Of a DNA stretch of 64,000 nucleotides, positions 58,712 to 64,000 are shown one piece after another. How positions within the stretch are numbered: the first letter of the stretch is position 1; every line of letters starts with the position of its first letter. The translations under genes and the position numbers were made by a program. The notes beneath the pieces were generated by a model. It did no database searches, had not been told where the DNA came from, and was given only the letters and a program-made list of their open reading frames with translations. This DNA is from an uncultured Thermoplasmata archaeon (lineage in GTDB: Archaea > Thermoplasmatota > Thermoplasmata > RBG-16-68-12), in contig CAVYJM010000015.1 of assembly GCA_963768855.1 (NCBI GenBank), forward strand, positions 37,905 through 101,904, given 5' to 3'.

Positions 58712-61700
58712 ATGCTCCGAGTTCCAGTAGCCTTGGCCGAGGCCATCCTGCTCCGCGGTCTCGGCAAGGCTCTCGCCACCGTGCTCGTCCTCGCACCCAC
58801 GAAGCTGAGGATGCAGACCCAAGTCAAGAAGATTTTCGTCTTGGACGGCACGGGCGAGGTGGCGAACGAGTACGTTCTCGACGCCACCTGCCCCCTGACG
58901 TACGACGACTTCCTCAAGGCCTTGCCGGAGAAGGACCTCGGCGACCGAGAGGCTCTCTTCGTCGGCGAGTACGCCTTCACGATCTTCCGGAGTGGCCGGT
59001 CCGCGTTCGTCGTCCTGTCCCGGGGACGCCTGGCCCCCGAGGACGTCGAATGGACGGGGTTCCTCCTCACGACCGCGGCGTCCGACCGGGTTCCCTCGCA
59101 CGCCGCCGGGGGGGAAGCACCTGACTCGCGTCCCGCCCGAGAGCTCGCGGGCCCCCGTCCGGACGGTGCGGCGCACGTCGAGACGCCCGAGAAGGGGCTC
59201 GGCGACGTTGAGGCGCGTAAGATCGAGAAATTCCTCCAGAAGCGCGCGTTGGACCTCTTCGACCGCGAGGAGAAGCTCCGGACCCGAGAGGAGGGCATCG
59301 CTCCCCGCGAACGGAGTCTGGACGGACGGGAGGAGTCGCTCCGCGCCAAGGAGTCGTCCCTCGCCCGTAAGGAGCAAGCGCTCCGCGAGCTCGAAGCCCA
59401 TCTCGCGGCCGACCGCGCGACGCTGCAAGGCGACGTCGCCGCCTTCGAGGCCGGTGCCCACGATCGCAAGGTGCAGTTCGACGCACACACGGGCAAGTTC
59501 CGGGAGGAGGAAGCCCGCAAGGCGGAGGAGCTCCGGCAGTGGGAGGCCGCCTTGGAGTCCGAAAAGGCCCTCCTCACCGAGCGACGTTCGAGCTTCGAAG
59601 AGGAGATGGCCGACGTCCGGGACTCCTGGACGGGCCGGATCGCCCGCGTGGAGCGGCAGGAGGGCGACGTGCGCAACCGGGGGGACCGGATCCGTGCCGA
59701 CGTCGAACGGGTCGCGCGGAGCGGGGACGAATTCACGCGGCGCGAGAAAGCCCTCGAGGAGAGCGCGCGGGGGAACGCCGAACTCAAGGTCCAACTCGGG
59801 GAACTCCAGAAGGAACTCCACCAACGATCCCTCGACATCGAGACTTGGGAGCGGGCGCACGAGGAGAAGGCGACCGCCCGGACCGCCGAGCTGGCCGAGC
59901 GCGAGGAAACCATCGCGGCTGGCCTGGCGAGTCTCGCTCGCCGCACGGCGGAGTCGGAGCAAGCCCTAGCTGCGAAGACTCGGCGGTTCGAGGAGGCCGA
60001 AGGCGACCTCGCCAAGCGCAGGATGGAAGTAGAGGCGCACGCCACGGAACTCGAACGCCGCGCGAAGGAATTGGCCGATCGCGTCTCGCGCCTCGATGCG
60101 GATACGGTCCGCCTGGTCCAGGAGCAGGCCGAACAGAAGGCACAGGCCCAGCAGCTGCAAGCCGAGCGGCTCGGCCTCGCCCAAGCCAAGGAAGTCCTGG
60201 ATGCTGACACGTCCCGATTCCGAATCGAGTCGGACGAGGCGCGGAAAGCCCTGGGGAACGAGGCGGCCAATCTCCGCGCGGATCGGGGGCGGTTTGAAAC
60301 GGAGTCCTCCGTGGTGCGGCGCGAATGGGAGTCCAAGGCTCGCGAGACAGCGGACCACGAGAAGACCCTCGCCGTACGCGAAGACACCCTCGCCGCAGCC
60401 GAACACGAACTCGAGCTGCGTGCCCGAGAGATCGAGGACCGCGAGCGTGCGGCCGAGGCCCAAGGGACCGCCTTGTCGGCGGAGGCCGAACGACTGGCCC
60501 GCGCAGACCAGGACATGGCGAGGCGCACGGGGGCGTTCGACGAGAAGGTCGCAGGCTTTGAAGCCGAGGCGGCGGCGAAGCGAACGGATTGGGAAGCGCG
60601 GGAGTCCTCGTTCCAATCGCGGCAGGTCGAGTTCTCCGCGAACGTGGAAAGGCACGAGGCGGAGATCGCGAAGCGGACCGAGGAGGTGGCCCGGCGCGAA
60701 CAGCTCCTGGAGGCCGCGTCCGCGCACCTCCAGCAGGAGCACGCCCGCCTGGAGGCCGAGGGGAAGGACCTCACGGCCCGAGAGGCCGACGTCGAGGCGG
60801 CGTTCGCACGGGCCGAGGCACGGGCCGCCGAACTGCGGTCGGTGGACGAGGCCCTCGCCAAGGCCCAGGCAGCGTTCGATTCGGAGAAGGACGCGTGGGC
60901 GGCCCGCCGCGACGACGAGCTGCACCAGCTCAAGGCTGCTCAGGAGGCCGCACGAGAGCAGGCGGAGCGAGCCGACCACCTCGGCCAGGAGGCCCAGCGG
61001 CGTGAGGCCGAGGCGTCGGACGCGAAGCAGGCCGCGGAGCAGGAGAGAGCGAAACTCCTGGAGCAGCAGGCACAGGTTCAGGCCCGCGGGGCTGAAGCCG
61101 AACGGGCTCTGCACGAAGCCGAGGCCCGAATGGGCCAGCTTGAAGAGACCGCCAAAAGGCTCGCGGAGCGGGAAGCGAACCTCGGGCTCCAGATCCGCGC
61201 CGTGGAGATCCGCGAAACCAAGCTTGCCGCATCCGAGGAAGCTCACGGCATCGCAATGGCCGATCTCCAGAACCAGCGCGAGGCGCTCGCCCGCGACGAC
61301 GAACGCCTTTCCTCCTGGACCGCGGAGCTGGAACGGAGGACGACGGAGGACGACGCGCGTCGGGTCGCCCTGGATTCCAAGGTCGCCGAGGTGGCCAAGC
61401 ACCAGGAGGCCTTGTCGGCCGACCTCCACTGGAGTGACAACCTGATGGCCAACCTGGTCCGCAAGGAAGATGCCCTGGACGCACGCGACAAGGACCTGGC
61501 CGAGCGCGAGGGACGGCTCGCAGAATCGGAGGAGGCTCTGGCGCAGCGGGACGCGGACCTCCGGGAACACGCCCAGGCCCTGGATCGCATCCGGAACGAG
61601 CATGCGACCGTCGCGGCCGAGTTGGAAGCGGCCCGCCGGGCCCTCACGGAGGCCCACCAGGAGTCCGAGACCAGCCACGCCGAGGCCGCTCGGGTGAGGG

Positions 61701-62134
61701 CGCAAGCGGACGCGCTGAAGGCGGACGTCTCGAAGGAGGTGCGGTCCGCCCAGAGGAAGGCCCTCGACATCTTCCTCCAGGAGGAGAAGCTCCGAGCTCG
61801 GGAGGCGCAGGTCGAGAGCGCGGAGAAGGCCCTGGACGCTCGCCGGGGAGCCTTGGAGGAGGAGGAACGGTCCTGGGAGGCGAGACGGGGGCAGACCGAG
61901 GGCGAGCTCGCCACGATGCGGACGGAGGTCGAGGCGCTACGCGCGAAGCTCGGCGGGGTCGACACGCGGACCCCGCCGGCCGGTGGCCCGGACGATGCGA
62001 AGGGAGGTGCCGAGGGCCGCACCAAGCTCACCCCGAGCGCGCCCCAGCTCCGAGACCGCGCGGATACGACGGGTGAGGGAGACGAGCACGTTCCGCCCCG
62101 CAAGGCGAAGCGGGCGGCCACGAAGGCACCGTAA
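58712..62134 (+). CDS. Giant coiled-coil protein (~900 aa E/R/A heptads) with N-terminal alpha/beta (longin/roadblock-like) domain
   Basis: KIFVLDGTGEVANEY...YAFTIFRSGRSAFVVLSRG head domain, low-complexity linker, continuous charged helical rod, basic tail; no Walker motifs. Confidence 0.8.
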   Translation: MLRVPVALAEAILLRGLGKALATVLVLAPTKLRMQTQVKKIFVLDGTGEVANEYVLDATCPLTYDDFLKALPEKDLGDREALFVGEYAFTIFRSGRSAFVVLSRGRLAPEDVEWTGFLLTTAASDRVPSHAAGGEAPDSRPARELAGPRPDGAAHVETPEKGLGDVEARKIEKFLQKRALDLFDREEKLRTREEGIAPRERSLDGREESLRAKESSLARKEQALRELEAHLAADRATLQGDVAAFEAGAHDRKVQFDAHTGKFREEEARKAEELRQWEAALESEKALLTERRSSFEEEMADVRDSWTGRIARVERQEGDVRNRGDRIRADVERVARSGDEFTRREKALEESARGNAELKVQLGELQKELHQRSLDIETWERAHEEKATARTAELAEREETIAAGLASLARRTAESEQALAAKTRRFEEAEGDLAKRRMEVEAHATELERRAKELADRVSRLDADTVRLVQEQAEQKAQAQQLQAERLGLAQAKEVLDADTSRFRIESDEARKALGNEAANLRADRGRFETESSVVRREWESKARETADHEKTLAVREDTLAAAEHELELRAREIEDRERAAEAQGTALSAEAERLARADQDMARRTGAFDEKVAGFEAEAAAKRTDWEARESSFQSRQVEFSANVERHEAEIAKRTEEVARREQLLEAASAHLQQEHARLEAEGKDLTAREADVEAAFARAEARAAELRSVDEALAKAQAAFDSEKDAWAARRDDELHQLKAAQEAAREQAERADHLGQEAQRREAEASDAKQAAEQERAKLLEQQAQVQARGAEAERALHEAEARMGQLEETAKRLAEREANLGLQIRAVEIRETKLAASEEAHGIAMADLQNQREALARDDERLSSWTAELERRTTEDDARRVALDSKVAEVAKHQEALSADLHWSDNLMANLVRKEDALDARDKDLAEREGRLAESEEALAQRDADLREHAQALDRIRNEHATVAAELEAARRALTEAHQESETSHAEAARVRAQADALKADVSKEVRSAQRKALDIFLQEEKLRAREAQVESAEKALDARRGALEEEERSWEARRGQTEGELATMRTEVEALRAKLGGVDTRTPPAGGPDDAKGGAEGRTKLTPSAPQLRDRADTTGEGDEHVPPRKAKRAATKAP

Positions 62135-62470
62135 TCGCCGCCGCTCAGGCCCGTTTCTCGAGAATCCGGTCGACCCGCCTCCACAACGCCCGCCACTCCT
62201 TCGAGGTCCCTCATCGCCTCGCCCGGTTCATCCGGAGGACCGCGGCATCGTGGGCCGCGAGAGCCCGAAGGGACTCGTCCGGGCTCTGGGTGCGTCGTCG
62301 GAGGGCCTCGAGGATCACCTCCACCTCACGGCGCGCGGCCTCGGTCCTTCGGAGGCGGACCTTCGGGGTCTCCACGGAGGATACGATGGCCCCGGACCGG
62401 ATGAACGATTCGGAGAGAGACGCGAACGAGGCATCCGAAAAGCCGGGGAGGAAAGGCGGGCGGGAACGCA

Positions 62471-62674
62471 GATTGCAACGGCACGACCGCCGTAGGCACG
62501 CTCGAAGACGACCCCGGAGGGATCCGCGCCGTCTTCTGCGACGCCTGCCGGACGATTGGCGTGGATGCGTCAGGCGCAGACTCGAAGCGGGAGCCAAGGG
62601 GCTCCCGACGACCTGAGACCATTCGCGCGGGAGGGCTTGCCGGACACCGCCGGCAGCGATGGGATGCGCTCTAG
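62471..62674 (+). repeat. Zn-ribbon mini-gene repeat, copy E (decayed)
   Basis: DCNGTTAVGTLEDDPGGIRAVFCDACRTIGVDA; TGCAACGGCACGAC identical to copy C; core at 62538-62550. Confidence 0.85.
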
Positions 62675-62839
62675 GCGATTCCGTCGATGGGCGAGTGTCG
62701 TACTCTCTCGGCGGTCGATCGTGCCGTCTTGGCTCGTGCGGGTGGAACTGCCACCCTGACGGCGCTCCGGGACCGAATGAGTTTGCGATGGCGCGCAATG
62801 GATTAATACTGTCACGCTGGTGTCAACAGTCTGACCGCG

Positions 62840-63763
62840 ATGAGAATCGGGATTGTCGGGGCCGGAGCGCAAGGCTGCTTCTTCGGTGCTCTCCTAGCGA
62901 ATGCCGGTAACCAGGTGACCTTCATCGCGAGGGGACAAGCTCTGAACGCACTGCGAACGAATGGGCTTCGCGTCAAATCACAATCTCTCGGCGAAATCGC
63001 CTTGCCCGTGAGTGCGACGGACCGGCCGGATGAGGTCGGGCCCGTCGACCTGATCATGTTCTGCGTGAAGACGTACGACCTCGAGCCCGCTGCGAAGCAA
63101 ATGCTCCCCCTTGTGGGACGAGACACGGCCATCCTACCCATTCAAAACGGCGTGGAAGCGGCGGACAACATCGGGAGCATCGTGGGGATGGAACATGTTC
63201 TCGGGGGAGTCTCCTGGGTGGGGGCCATGGCCGAGAAGCCCGGCGTGATCGTACACGGAGGCTCCACGAGGCTGGTGTTCGGTGAACTGAACGGAGGGAT
63301 CTCGAGTCGGGCGGAACGGATCTGCAAGACCCTCACCGAAGCCAAGATCGCCGCGGAACTCCACACGAACATCCGCCAAGCATTGTGGGAGAAGCTCGTG
63401 GTGAACTCCGCCGCAGCCGGCATTCTTTCGCTCACCCGATTGCCGGCGGGGCCGGTCCTGGATTGCTCGGATACGATGCAGCTTCTAATCGACACCATCC
63501 GGGAGAGTGCGGAGGTGGCCAAGGCGTGTGGATTCCCGCCACCTGAGCGGTTCCTCGACGATGCCAAGAAGCTGCTCGAAGGATACCCGAGGTGGACGAG
63601 GCCATCCATGGAGGTGGACCTGATTGCAGGTCGCCGCCTGGAGCTCGAAGCCATGGTTGGGGCCATCGTCCGATTGGGCCGGGAAAAGGGGGTAGCAACG
63701 CCCATCAACTCCACCATCTACCGGGCGCTCAAGCCTCACGTGAACGGTACGCCCTCCATGTGA
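62840..63763 (+). CDS. panE: 2-dehydropantoate 2-reductase (PanE/ApbA family)
   Basis: GAGAQG, CVKTYD, QNGVE, WEKLVVN, SMEVDLIAGRRLELE. Confidence 0.92.
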   Translation: MRIGIVGAGAQGCFFGALLANAGNQVTFIARGQALNALRTNGLRVKSQSLGEIALPVSATDRPDEVGPVDLIMFCVKTYDLEPAAKQMLPLVGRDTAILPIQNGVEAADNIGSIVGMEHVLGGVSWVGAMAEKPGVIVHGGSTRLVFGELNGGISSRAERICKTLTEAKIAAELHTNIRQALWEKLVVNSAAAGILSLTRLPAGPVLDCSDTMQLLIDTIRESAEVAKACGFPPPERFLDDAKKLLEGYPRWTRPSMEVDLIAGRRLELEAMVGAIVRLGREKGVATPINSTIYRALKPHVNGTPSM

Positions 63764-63956
63764 GGTCAGCGCCCTCCGCGGGTCTCCGTGCTCGTCCGCT
63801 GCGAATCGCGCACATCCCTTCACGACGGCTTTTCGAATCGAATCCGCCCGGGTCTTGGACGTGCGGTACTTACGTGCGGACTCGGAGAGAAGCCGCGCTG
63901 AGCCCGCCTCCAACTCGCATTGAACTCGGATCATGATGATCTGAGGCACGTGCGGG

Positions 63957-64000
63957 CCATCGGGCGCCCATGCAGCGAGGCGGGGAGTGCAACGGCACGA
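63957..64000 (+). repeat. Zn-ribbon mini-gene repeat, copy F (cut by the window end)
   Basis: GGAGTGCAACGGCACGA (63984-64000) is identical to 53727-53743; upstream GGCGCCCATG is also shared with copy C. Confidence 0.75.

Noticed and set aside
177-61705. Many long ORF-track entries (e.g. 177-1451, 6889-8526, 9929-11449, 15351-16967, 26987-29338, 58678-60933, 59966-61705)
   Set aside because: They are antisense or alternate-frame shadows of real high-GC3 genes, with Arg/Gly/Pro-rich low-information translations and no motifs.
58712-62134. SMC/Rad50 or phage tape-measure protein
   Set aside because: There are no Walker A/B, signature, hinge or Zn-hook motifs, no TM segments, and no neighbouring virion genes.
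45605-64000. CRISPR array or CRISPR-Cas locus suggested by the repeats and the Cas2-like fold
   Set aside because: The repeats are ~200-bp degenerate coding remnants spaced 1.3-4.7 kb apart, not 25-45-bp repeats with spacers. No cas1 or other cas gene is present.
50700-64000. Classical integron (IntI plus attC)
   Set aside because: No tyrosine recombinase is in the window, and I could not find RYYYAAC/GTTRRRY-bounded hairpins at the cassette ends. An IntegronFinder run on the full contig would be needed to exclude it formally.

Overview
High-GC archaeal DNA, most likely Thermoplasmatota (inference from Orc1/Cdc6, TA0938-family, DUF1616, TATA-box promoters and a Rab-like GTPase). All family names were assigned from motifs read by eye; no database search was run. 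Layout: (1) 1-16 kb is a surface-polysaccharide locus with a beta-helix protein, three GT4s, a GH32/GINT1-N-like propeller, two tandem HprK-like kinases, a membrane-anchored GH5 multidomain protein, DUF1616 and a Wzm/Wzt exporter. (2) 17-23 kb holds surface and Zn-ribbon membrane proteins, including an ~18-repeat ELWxxDGT/HYR protein. (3) 23-25.6 kb is a toxin-antitoxin island between truncated genes. (4) 25.7-32 kb has a Rab-like GTPase-wHTH fusion, an S8 protease, a GYD protein and a Pepco/Trypco-like protein. (5) 32.4-48 kb is a second, lower-GC glycosylation island. (6) 45.6-64 kb is the most unusual part. Unrelated gene cassettes (galU-ugd, several TA pairs, menA, a heme-oxygenase-fold operon, a giant coiled-coil protein, panE) are punctuated by two families of same-orientation, decayed repeats missed by the ORF track: six copies of a CxxC..CxxC Zn-ribbon mini-gene and three copies of a Cas2/VapD-like-fold mini-gene. 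These lie around a disrupted orc1/cdc6, and the two mini-genes occur once as a divergent pair. This looks like an integron-like cassette array built without an integrase or attC sites in view. Many single-base frameshifts (mostly +1) suggest long-read errors, so frameshift-based pseudogene calls are tentative. No rRNA, tRNA or CRISPR array was found.
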